DNA of 61,622 nt, the filler included, from Diploschistes diacapsis (Eukaryota): assembly GCA_023645945.1 (NCBI GenBank). It is 7 parts of 7 records of this genome, joined end to end, with 100 filler letters (N's around TTAATTAATTAA, not from the genome) between each part and the next. Parts side by side here need not be neighbours in the genome. Positions count along the whole stretch, not along the records: positions 1 to 5,503 come from JALAIB010001538.1; positions 5,604 to 11,097 come from JALAIB010001539.1; 5 more parts are not named here. One strand, given 5' to 3'. Position numbers and translations under genes: made by a program. Positions 1 to 11,197 of this stretch are shown here, piece after piece (within the stretch, counting starts at the first letter, position 1; each line of letters opens with the position of its first letter). Under the pieces are notes generated by a model. It searched no databases, was not told the origin of the DNA, and saw nothing but the letters and a program-made list of their open reading frames with translations.

Positions 1-78
1 TCCGTGTCAGTGTCCGTGTTTTGAAAATTTTTGCTGCAGTGTCCGTGTCAGTGACCGTGGCACGAAACGGCCAGCCTA
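1..78 (-). mobile_element. DNA-transposon terminus (hAT-like TIR with subterminal ACACGGAC repeats)
   Basis: Reverse complement reads TAGGCTGGCCG...CACTGACACGGACACTGCAG. The same TAGGCTGGCCG...CACGGACA motif occurs at 38448 on another contig. Confidence 0.5.
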
Positions 79-704
79 GTGTATATATTGTCGCGAAAAT
101 ATTAAGAATGGCGTATTTTATATTACGTAAGCGTGGATATTGGCGGCGTGAGAGCTTTAGCGAGTTTTTAACGCTAGTTATCCGGCGCTAAATTAGCGGA
201 TTTTTTAATATTTTTTTCGAAAAAATATTTTTTTTAAAATATTAAAAAAAGGCTTTTTTATTTTTTGATTACGTAATAAAAATGATTGGCATCGCCATCT
301 TCGCCGGTTTAGCCAGTTTCGCCAGTTTCGCCATGTTTCGCCAAACGTTTTGGCGAAAGCTGGCGAAATGGGCGAAACCCGCGAAACAGGCACTTTCGCC
401 AGAAATTTTTTTTTGCTTGAAAAACTTTTCGTGATGAACAGCCTATTCTTTTTAGTTTTTTTATTATTTCGACGACGACGAAACGTTATTAAAAGAATTC
501 CGAATCGTTTATTAGCTTATCGTACGGATTTATATTTTTTTAATTATAAAGTATATAATGCTAAAGCGATTCGGCTTTCTTAAATATTTATAATAAAAGA
601 ATGTTATCGTACGAAAGATGAAAATGTTAAGAAATATATTTTACGAAGGTGCAGGGATAGTGAGCCGCTTTGTGGGGTGGGCCGTTAAGTGGTGGAACAC
701 GTTA
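79..704. mobile_element. AT-rich RIP-like degraded transposon remnant ending in a pogo/Fot1-type TIR
   Basis: TpA-rich, CpA-poor sequence ending GTGGGCCGTTAAGTGGTGGAACACGT-TA (ACGT terminus plus TA target site at 699-704). Confidence 0.5.
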
Positions 705-1323
705 AGATGTTAGATTTAAAGTCGCGATGACTTTCCAGTCATGAACAACATCTCTTATTAGAGCAAGGTCCACAGTGTCTGCAACTGACAAGACATCAAC
801 CATTTAGTATATCTATTGTTTACGGTATTAAAGGCAGGAGGAGTTCTCGTTCATTGCTCTGACCACTATATGGAACTGTCCCCCCTTTAAGCGTTCTTTC
901 AGGTCAATTTTGTAGTTATGCCTTGCTTGCCTTAATTCCATTATATGGGATATTCATCTGATCTTTTAAACCTCACGTCTTCTCCTTTGGAAGTGGCGTT
1001 CTGGACAGTAGCCCGCCTATTCCTTCCATTTTGGGATTGAATTCTTTTAGACAACTTTAATGACATGCACATTCTTCTTGAACTTTCCTCAAGCATGTCT
1101 GCAACTTGGTAGTAGAACTCTTGCTTCTATGGTGCAGTTCTCATAGGATTTTCTATTGGAGTTAACACCATTCCATCTCTTTTCCTTGTTTGTCCCTTTG
1201 AAACCTTTGGTGAGGAACTGCAGGAAATTGCTCGTTGTCCTCTTTCTCAGCAGGTTCTGCTTGAGTGTTGCATAGTTACCAAACTATCCTCGTTCTTATT
1301 GCTCTTCTAATCGTCTACCGTCC

Positions 1324-4185
1324 ATGTCATACCAGCCCGTCATGCATACTCAGCCTATAGCAGTGGAAGATTCAAGGCATAGTTCACCTCAAACACAAAG
1401 GAGTGGCAGCCATGGTGGTACACCGGGCACTAAGCTCACTGAATTCTCCCCCGAAGATGACCGCATTGAGCAAAAGCAACGCTCGGGTGGTAGTGGTCAA
1501 ACACCCTTTCCACCTGCTTTTTCTCTAAAAGCCGAGCCGGGTCCCGGACGTTTGCGTTTCAATAGCGAGAGCAAAGGATTGGATCCGTTCACCTCGATCG
1601 ACTTCGGAGACCAGACAGCCGAGACCAAACCCAGGCAAAAACTCTCAGCCAAAGCCGCAGCCTTCATGCCTTTGACTTCTGCTACTAATCTATTTACCCA
1701 TGGCAATCTATGCTTTGGTACCTGTACCGGTCTCACACATAAGAGGCGGCCTCAAGCGTTCGAGACTGCTAGCATGGCTGGTCCGAATCTTGCTTTGAAC
1801 GGAGACAATGAAGAAGCCATTCGCGGTAAAAGTTCTGATACCTTGACTTCTACAAGTGGTGCTGCTCTGCTTCATTCGACAGAATCGGACTCCCATTGTC
1901 TACAAGGCATAAATTTTGGCCCCGCACCACTTGGCCATCAATTCTCGAATAATGGAAATGCCAGGTATTTGCAGATCACTGGTGTTTCTCAGGCTCTGGG
2001 AGTTGAAGAGTTGAACAATGCTTTTAAGGTAGCAAAGCTGTGTCTGCTCATTTTATAGCCGTGCTAATGGGTACAGGGGACCACCTTTGCAGTTCCTAGT
2101 CTCGTGGTCTTATCCAAATTTGACCAGGACACTGTTTTTCTTCAGTTCTATGATCTTCGTGATGCCTGGAAAGCTTCGCTGGAACTACCAAGAACTAAAA
2201 GAGGATGGGCCGTCAGGTTCGTGAGGCCTCAGGATTTCATGCAAGTCTTCAAACCCAAGGGACCATGGACCTCGGAATATGAGGGCCAGCTCGCCGTCAG
2301 TGCGACTTTTAGGGGTTTAGAAGAAAATTTCGATCCGGCTTATATTACACTGCTCTTAGGCGATCTTCTTCGGGCTTATGGTGATATTTTCGCTGAAAAA
2401 GTCTTGTTCAAATCCTTTCCTACGGTACGAGTTCGAGTGGAGTACTTTAATCTTGAAGTCTGTTCTAGGGTAAAAAAACTTGATGATCTTTCGGTTGGGG
2501 TAAGGACGATAGCTCGTGGATGTAACTTCCCACGCTGATGTTCTAGGAAATCATGATTTCTGTTGAAGACTTCGCCTCAGACCTCGAATGCGAACGCGAT
2601 AATGTTGCCAGATCTGATGAGCCGCTTATCATTGGGCAAGATGACGATGAACTTGAGACTCTTGTCGGAGGTATGACGCTCGCTGACTCTCCTCTTCAGC
2701 CAGCCCTGGCTAGAGGGGAAATTTTGGCAGCACCTTTCTCGCATGCAGAAGTGTATCCATTATATCCTGTGGCAAAGCATAGAGGAGAGCCGAGCAATCC
2801 CTCATCTCAATCTCAGACGACCTATTTGCAACCGCCGTCCGCAGCACGCCCCTTGAGCTCAATACCACGTTTTGTTTTGAGCCCCCTATCCGCAGCGACA
2901 CAGGCATCATTGGGTAATATGCCTGGGCCTATGCATGTAGAATCAATGGGATCCGCAATACCTTTGGCGTATGAACGGCGCCGCCGCAGTACAGGGAACG
3001 GACCCAATAGCAACAACAAGGTTGACATTGAGAAGATCCGCCGCGGCGGTGACGTCCGTACTACGGTGTGGTTCTCTATTCAGGCTTTTGATGTTTTTTT
3101 CTCACAAGAGCTAGATCATGCTTCGCAATATACCGAACAAGATGGACCAGGTAAGCCACCCGTAACAATCCAAAGGCGTGCTAGCCAACATTGTCTAGGC
3201 AACTCTCAAAGAAATCGTTGACGAGACAAATCGTGGAGAGTACGACTTTATGTATCTCCGTATTGGTGAGTGCTTTGCTGGCTATACTTTAACCTAGCTT
3301 ACTCAAAGGCCTAGACTTCGCGAACAATTGCAAGTATGTATAGCAGTACGATACCCAAGAAATCGATCTGAGACTTCATAGTGTCGGTTACGCTTTCATT
3401 AACTTTGTAGACGTGAGTAGGGTCATTCTATGAAACCTTAGTCCTGCTAATTCCAAGCAGCCGCTTGCAATCATCCCGGTATGTTAGAAAGGATAGTGAC
3501 AAATCACTTGGCTAATGGTGTGCAGTTCTATCAAGAGAGAGCTGGGCACCGCTGGTATTGTAGAGAAACGATGTTCACATATGATCTGCTGAACCTACCC
3601 TAGGAACAAGTACAAATCACACAAAGAGGCCGAGGTGTCCTATGCAAGTGGGTGTTTCAGTGCATGGGAATTCACACGAGCTTATAAGTCCTGCAGCGAT
3701 CCAGGGCAAGGACTGCTTAGTTCAGAAATTCCGCAATAGTTCTGTTATGCTTGAACACCCATCGTTTCGCCCTAAGGTATGCACAACAGAATGAGCTTGT
3801 GACATCACGGGACTGAAGTCAAATACGAAGGTCTTTTACACGGTCCCTGGAACCTTAGCTGGGGAAGAGGACAAGTTTCCTGAGCCAGACAACAAATCTA
3901 AAATGCGACGTAGTGTCGAAAACGCCGCTCAAGTTGGTATGTGGAGATGGTCCGACCTCAAGACTGAACTCACCTAATCGTTGCTTGGAAGGACTCTTTG
4001 CCCCACGTGCTGGTCAATATTTCCGTGACGAACAACGCCGACGTCGCTCGCAGTTCGATAGAGGAACGCGACTCGCGGAGATGGAAGACTACGCTCAACT
4101 CGGTCCATATGCGCAAACCCGGTTACAGTACACCACTGGAGTCCTGCCAGTGAATGGGGCGTCTAGGGCGACATTCTACATGTAG
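1324..4185 (+). CDS. mei2: Mei2-like meiotic RRM RNA-binding protein (multi-exon)
   Basis: Spliced C-terminal RRM3 reads DIEKIRRGGDVRTT|IMLRNIPNKMDQ|ATLKEIVDETNRGEYDFMYLRI|DFANNCN|VGYAFINFVD...IQGKDCLVQKFRNSSVMLEHPSFRPK, with canonical GT-AG introns. Confidence 0.92.
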
Positions 4186-4714
4186 CGGAAAATTTGAGGG
4201 GTCGGTGCCGTCAGGGACGCTTTTTCCCATTTCACCGTCGCACTACTTGGGAAGAGCTTAATGTCTGCGAATCAATTGCTCCATGTGAAGGGCTAATTGT
4301 CAGAGGTAGCGTAAGGCCTAGTAATCGTAACCCGGAAGATGGAGGTAGCCGAGTGGAGCCAGCATTGCATCGACTTTCTGTCATTCTACGCCTTCGCCTG
4401 GGGTGACAAAAGGCGTCGTTCAGATTGCTTATGTGTGCTATCTGCAAAGAGGATGTTACCATTATGTCTACCGGGCAAACTGGCTACTTGTTGCTTAAAT
4501 AGTTGCAAATGGCTTATAGTTAGATATACTCACGATTGCTTCAAGCTCGTGCGCGAAGCTGGGAGTATCTGATTATGTTCGTCCATGCAGAATTGACTTG
4601 TGAAAATCCGGGTGCAGTTATTCAGACCGAAATATTTGCGGTCATTTATGTTAGCGTACGTACGGCGTAGGATGTTGATGTGGCGGGATGGTCCCACATT
4701 CGATATAAAAAAGA

Positions 4715-5102
4715 CAGTGGCACTAAGTTTTTGCCCTCATCCAAAATTTTGAAAAACTAAACCACCACCATTCAACTTCAACACGCCATAAATGGGCCTA
4801 GGGAACGAATTAAAACCTCATCAACGCAACGAATTAATTCGAGTAATTAGAATGGTATTCCGATTAAAAAAAGTTGTAAATATATTAGGTATTAATTATT
4901 AAACTGCACGATATACGTAACGAATGCGTAATCGTCGTTTTCTCGAATAGATCGATTAAAACCGCCTAAATCGATCACGCGAGATCACTAACGACCAAAT
5001 CGATCGTCTATATAGACACTATAGGATCTAGTTTTTTTTTCAATGGAAAGAAATTATTAATTTAATCGGCGTATCGCGAAAAATAGTATAAAAAAGACTG
5101 GC
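4715..5102 (+). mobile_element. Tc1/mariner 5' remnant, degraded
   Basis: CAGTGG TIR-like start, then a decayed HTH-like transposase N-terminus (MGLGNELKPHQRNELI...GIPIKKVVNILGINY*TARYT) with stops and a frameshift. Confidence 0.55.
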
Positions 5103-5503
5103 TGTTGAAAGTGGTGGAAGTTCCTAATAGATAACTGATGACTAAGAATGTATTCTGCAGCTAGTCCTAACTAGAAAATATTCCTAGCCTGCCTAGCCTG
5201 GTAGCTGACTATTGTTCAATGATTATATTGAAGAGGTTGAAGGTTGTAACTATGAACGATGGAGGGTGAGAGGCCTTTTATAGGCACATTTCACGCTAGT
5301 GTGATTAGTAATAATCTAATCTAGAATGTTCCTTATCCTTCTAAATCATTCTATGCATTAGTAAGCCGAATATTCTAGAATATTCTAGAATATTCGATGA
5401 TATTCGATAATCTTCGATGATGTTCTATTATGTTCTAGAATATTCTAGAACCTTCTAGAACCTTCTAGAACCTTCCAGCATATTCGAACATGCTAGAAGC
5501 TTA
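5103..5503. mobile_element. Probable LTR (Copia-like TGTTG start) inserted in the Tc1 remnant
   Basis: Abrupt switch at TGTTGAAAG. Contains a tandem TTCTAGAA decamer array. Truncated by the contig end. Confidence 0.45.
5368..5490. repeat. 10-bp tandem array (nnTTCTAGAA), heat-shock-element-like
   Basis: tattctagaa tattctagaa ... tgttctagaa tattctagaa ccttctagaa ccttctagaa; alternating TTC/GAA with 5-bp phasing. Confidence 0.8.
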
Positions 5504-5603
5504 NNNNNNNNNNNNNNNNNNNNNNNNNNNNNNNNNNNNNNNNNNNNTTAATTAATTAANNNNNNNNNNNNNNNNNNNNNNNNNNNNNNNNNNNNNNNNN
5601 NNN
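5504..5603. other. Artificial contig spacer
   Basis: N44-TTAATTAATTAA-N44 (six-frame stop linker). Confidence 0.98.
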
Positions 5604-6890
5604 GGCGTATGTGCGGGTGGGCGGAGATGTGTGGGGTTGGATTGTTTTTTGAGATGGTCGACGGGGACATGGTGGTGGTGGAGGTTGAGACTGAGTCTGA
5701 GACTGAGTCTGAGACTGAGACTGACGGTGCGTCCAAGGGGTGGAAGGTGAAATCCAGGTTGGACATTGCTATCGGAGAGGGACTTGGGGTTGAAGTAGAG
5801 ATGGGTGAGAAAGCGGGGAACAGGGAGGTCGGTGGCGTTGGGCAGGTGCTGGTGTTGGTGGAATGAGAACTGGGTGGGGGGACGACGGTGGCGAGAGCGG
5901 TGAGCGTGGAGTCTGACCCAGGCGAGGAGGCTAAGCAGCAGGATGAGGAAGACTCGGTTGCGATTGCGGCCGTTGTAGAAGCAGAACCGCATTGCGGACA
6001 TGGATGACGAGTCCATTCATAGTGCTGGGAGAAGAAGATGGTGCTGAGATGCTCCTCGTCCCGTTTTTGAATGTATCGCTCCCCATATTCGGCGTGCGTT
6101 GGCCTGTGGGGGGAGTAGGGTTCTTCCTCTTGGCTGCTATCGTCATTGCTTTGATACGAGCCTTCTTCCAAGCTTCTTGATTCGACTCCTTGGCCGGCGT
6201 TTGCTTGCCAATCGTCATCGTAACCCTTCAAGTACCAGTTGTTCTCACACTGGACTGTCCCTGCCGCTTGCGGATCCCCTATGGCCAAACCTGCTCTACA
6301 AATGCCCTTCCTGCTGCCATTTTCGGTGTACCTGATACACGTAGCTGCCGCTCCACCGACCTCCTCTAGCTTTTGGAAGCAAGGTAGACATGCTGCTGCG
6401 CACACAGCGTCGTCTTCCGGCTCGCACCAATCGAACTGGTGGACGCGGTAGGCAGTATGGCCAGAACGACATTCCCGAAGTTGGGGAGTCGTAAGGGGAA
6501 CGTGGCAAGTGTTGTTAACATAAGTGGGTATCGTGTGAAGGAGGCTGTAACATTGATGACCGATGCGTTCGGCCGTCAGCGGAACACCTGTGCCGTTACG
6601 AATCAGGCAGAAGGTTGAGTTGTAGACTTGGTCAGGGTGTCCGATGTAGTTCTATGGGCTTATGTTAGGATCATAGTGGATGTGCTTGGCAGTCAGTTTC
6701 AGAAGAAACGCATGATACAAACTGTATTGCATATTTAAACAGTGGCAAGGGCAAAGACACAGTAGGAATCAGCCCAACGAACATTTGAATCTCCGATAGG
6801 GCTAGTCGGGAAAGCATCGTCGGCAGGCAATCTAAAGCCTAGAGTAGAGCAGAAAAAGAAAGGGAATAGATGGGGGAGCGTTCTGAACAT
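5604..6890 (-). CDS. Putative secreted Cys-rich protein with Ser/Thr-rich tail (3' truncated by gap)
   Basis: Hydrophobic start MFRTLPHLFPFFFCSTLG and probable intron(s) at about 6650-6780. A long open frame follows with many Cys (WCEPEDDAVCAAACLPC), a QKRDEE site and an S/T/P-rich tail. Confidence 0.45.
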
Positions 6891-8422
6891 CGTCTTCTGC
6901 AATGATCTGTTAAGCATTCAAAATAGTTAACAGCTCGACAATTCAATGAACTATGAAGAAGACAGTGCCGGCGATTCTTGAGCGCTTTGGGACACCTTCG
7001 CGATCAACCATGGCTGTATAACAAATCACGAACAGGAATGTCGTATGAAGGAAGACAAATCTGCAGCCTCTTATTTGTGGTTTCCATTTTCCAAGTTTGG
7101 GTCAGGTGTTTAAGCTTGAAAATTTTGGGTACCAGTAAAGAACGAAGGGAGGTCAAAGCTTCCTTGTAAAGACATTACCAAGTATGAAGTAAAATGATAA
7201 GTATCTTGATATAGCCACGACTTCGATTAGTTCTCCCGTGAGTAAAAAATGTGCCTCACCATACAGAATTGGTAGTAGGCTTGCAGCATCAGAGAATAAT
7301 TCCTGAGGCAGCCCTGATGAAACCAGAGAGATGCTCAATAGTGTATACAGTCCAAAGGACCTTGCTCTCACTTCGCGTCTCTCAGCACTTCTCGGCAGCT
7401 TTGCTAATCCTTGTGCAAGCCTCTAGAAGTGTGACCCGATAAACAACAATCAAGAAACAGACCTCGCGTCACACATCTGAGCTTCACAGCAATCATCCCA
7501 CTGCCCAACAATCTCGAATATGAAAATAGCGTCACGCTTCGTACCCACCTCAACTTGATTATCCAAAGGAACTTCCAAACTTGATACAGCTTACAGTCCG
7601 AAATGAAGGAAACATAAAGAATGAAAGTGGGCAATCAGTAGAAAGAAACTAACCACTCAAGGACCTTAATGAAGATATATACAACAAAAATCATAACCAG
7701 CAAGCATGTGCTTTGTCGATTCTGCGAGCGAACGGACCTACCTATATTCCCATACCTTCGTAGCTTCTCTTTATGGATACGCATCACTACCATTAGAGAC
7801 CATCAGAGACCCCAGACGGAACGTAAAAGCAAAATGTGGACCTGTGGCTCGTTGCTGGGAATATTTCACAGCTGCATGCCCTTCAATCCAAGCAACAGCA
7901 CCTCGACGTAACGTTGTTGTTGTTGTTGTTGAGGATTTAATGTCTATGATCTGAAAAGTGGAAGACAAAGAAGGAGAAACAAGAAAGAGTATGAGATGAT
8001 GGGGGAAGTGTGCCTGGAAATAACCGGAATGTTACCGGAAGGGCCTGGTGAAATGACGTCGGCGCTGTGGGCATATAGATACCCGAGACTTCCATAATTG
8101 TTACTGCGAGGGTGCAAAAGTAGGTAGACTACATGGGCTTTGTATTTTGCAGGCGAGGATGGTGAGGAGGGTTGAGTTCTGCCATACTGCTAAATAACAA
8201 ACCGATACTTTCTTGAAGCTTCAGATCCATGCTCTGAGTATATACCCTTCATTCTACAAACAAAGAGGCACCCATCTCACGGTTACAAAACCAACGTCAA
8301 AACCATAGACTAGCAGCCGCGGCATTGCTACAAGACCAATTACTTAAGTCTATAGATGGTAGAGCACCCCTCCTGAACCGGCAAGGAGAGTGAGCACAAC
8401 TGGGACTTTCCTAATTCTCAGG

Positions 8423-10405
8423 CTATGCACCACGGTTTCCAATTGCCGTCATCTCGATTGCCTCGACGGGAATTCCACTTCTGATCTTTCCCATCGCTGT
8501 GCTACCTAGTTTACGCAGCTGTCGAATGACCGGCATGTCGCCGGCCCTGTGCCCACCGAAGGTCTCTCCGATACTCTCCAGGTCCTTTCCCTTCGTCTCA
8601 GGCATGTAGGCTAGGCATACACCCACCGTCAAAAATAGAGCACCGCCAAAGACGAAGTAAATGGCGTAAGAGGATTTGGAGAGGAGGACGGGCGTGATAA
8701 AGGCGACTAGTACGAATCAGAGACATCCCGAGCGCGGCATAGAGTAAGGACAGACCAAAGAAGTTTGAGATGCAATTTGCCGCCTGTGCAAGTGCAGTTG
8801 CAGTCGCGCGGGTGGCGATGGGTTGGATCTCCGAGGCGTAGAGCTTCATGCCAACAGCCCAAGCTGTAGTAGTTAGTGTTGGCCATGCCAAGGTTTTGAA
8901 GGGAGACGTTGTGGGAGGAAAGCGGCTTTAGGAGCTTGATCGAGGGATGCTCACTCATAGAATATGCAACAGCAAAAATATAGATTGTGAGGATCACGAT
9001 CCATTTTCCTGCCCCATAAGTAGCATGCACACTGTCTGTTGCGTACATGAAGCCCATGAGAATCATGCAAGCAAGTAAAACAAGACCGCCATAGATAGTG
9101 GTTGGCCGACGGCCCCAGTGGTCCACGTACACCACGGCGAGAATGGTAAAGACGAAGATGAGAATACCAGAGACGCCGGATGCGAGGAAGGTAGACGAGG
9201 AAGCGAGGCCTGCCTGCTCGAACAGAACGGGCGCATACTAACACGAGCGTTAATACGTAACGGAGGCAGGCAGAGAAACAATTACATAGATAACACCGTC
9301 TATGCCACTCAATTGTTGCATGCTCATCAAGAAGATGCCCAAAATCATTGGCTTCTTCGCCTCTTTGCCGAATGTTGCTCTGAGATGCTCCGGAACTAGA
9401 CACATACGCACCTTGACGCTGCGCTTTGGAGTCACCGGAGCTATCCTATCAGCTCTCGCGGGAACGGCAAGCTCGGTCATGGATCGGCTATCACTCAAGG
9501 CTGGGCTTTGAGGCGATTCCTTTTCGCGTTCAGCGTTCGAAACGCCAAGCTTGTCCCACGCTCTATCAGCTTCTATTTTCCTGCCTTTGTGGGCGAGCCA
9601 GCGAGGAGAATGAGGTAGATAGAGGTGGGCGAGAATCGCAAGAGTGAGAGCGATGCCGGCATGAAGGGCAAACGGCAGTCGCCAAGACAATGAAGAAGGT
9701 ATCAAAGCAGTACCGTAGCAGGAGAAGAAGCCCAGACAAATACCAACAGTGATGAGCAGCTGTACCATTGTGGCTAGTGGCCCACGCATCTTGGGAGGAG
9801 ATATTTCACAAACGTATCTGAAAGGCTTTGTGAGCGAAAGGTCGACGAAAGTGGAACATATCTATCCGAAGGATGAGTATAAGGAACAAAGCTCAGCTTA
9901 CACTACCAATGTGCTGAGAAAAAGGCCCTCGCCCAGTCCAACCACACACCTACCCAAAATGAACATACCCAGGTTGACGGCTCCGGCTTCGAACGCAGCT
10001 CCAACAGCATACAAGAAGGCCCCAATAGAGATGGCCCTGGGGCGTCCCAGATTATCTGAAAGTGATCCAGCCACAAGCGATGCCGGCGTTGCCGTCAAAA
10101 GCACTGAGGAGACAATGAAGCCAAGAAGAGACGACGAGACTTCGCCGAAGCCGCTCTTGAAGGTTGACATAGAGGTCACGGGCCCGATGGTCCCAGTGTC
10201 CAGACTGTAAAGACAATTCAGCGTTTTGGCCGGACATAAAACCATATGGGCAGGGCGGACACGGAGGGGGATCGAAAACATGAGCTCACCCGTTCAATAA
10301 ACCTCCAAGCGTGACAATCATAGATGCGGTGAGATATCTTGGAGGCGGCTTCTTAATCGGTTGAAGAGCTTGCGTAAATCGCCAGCTAATTTCAATGAAG
10401 CCCAT
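8423..10405 (-). CDS. MFS sugar porter family transporter
   Basis: Exons give TLGGLLNG|LDTGTIG, SDNLGRPRAI, GRCVVGLGEG, WRLPF, PHSPRWL, MQQLSGIDGVIY, VDHWGRRP and PETKGKDLE. Confidence 0.93.
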
Positions 10406-10961
10406 CTCGCCTTGTAGGTGCCTCGTCTGAGGGCTTTGGGCAAGTGTGGTTTAAGGAAATAATATATTGAATAAACGCTCTCGGAATCTGGATTACTTTG
10501 CACCAATATCTATTGTGAAAGAGATGAGAAGAACATGTAACTTTTGTGCCCTATCGTGATCGACTCTTACTATCTGATAAGCGCTTACGCCGATCCCCGC
10601 CGATTTAGGGCTGGAAGAGGAGAATGGGTAGGCGAGCAACTACAATGCTGGAGGGGGTTGCACGGGCTGAGTAATTGACCCAATTCGAAAATGACGCTTT
10701 TGGGCCTTGGAAGCCTAGTATCTCGATGGTACTAGCGATAGCTCAACAGCTATCCATGATGCCTGCTGCGAGTAGGTTAGCAGTCTTCTCGTCGTAGGCT
10801 TCTTCGTACTCATCTACGGTTAGGGTAATTTCGTTCTTCTTGGCCGGTGGGGAGAGCCAAGAGAAAGACAATTGACTTGGTAGATGACATCTGCATAGTA
10901 GGTTACATTGTCAGCGAGGTCAAGCGAGCGAATGCGGAAGCCCAAGAGTAGCTGCATAATC

Positions 10962-10966
<5 letters not shown>

Positions 10967-10994
<28 letters not shown>
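10967..10994. repeat. (AG)14 microsatellite
   Basis: Perfect dinucleotide run. Confidence 0.9.
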
Positions 10995-10997
<3 letters not shown>

Positions 10998-11097
10998 ATT
11001 AGAACCGTTATATAAAATCCCATCAGAGCGGTGAGAGTTCGACCCCAGGTCCTTTTATACATTCGAGATATATAGCCTTCAAGCTTTTTCGTACTAT

Positions 11098-11197
11098 NNN
11101 NNNNNNNNNNNNNNNNNNNNNNNNNNNNNNNNNNNNNNNNNTTAATTAATTAANNNNNNNNNNNNNNNNNNNNNNNNNNNNNNNNNNNNNNNNNNNN
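11098..11197. other. Artificial contig spacer
   Basis: N44-TTAATTAATTAA-N44. Confidence 0.98.

Noticed and set aside
5368..5490. CRISPR-like array
   Set aside because: No unique spacers, 10-bp period and eukaryotic context.
5548..5559. TTAATTAATTAA as a recurrent biological repeat
   Set aside because: Always flanked by exactly 44 N on each side; a synthetic stop linker.
6920..7980. Short ORFs or an ncRNA between the Cys-rich gene and the transporter
   Set aside because: No recognisable protein or RNA motifs; could be UTR, but unsupported.
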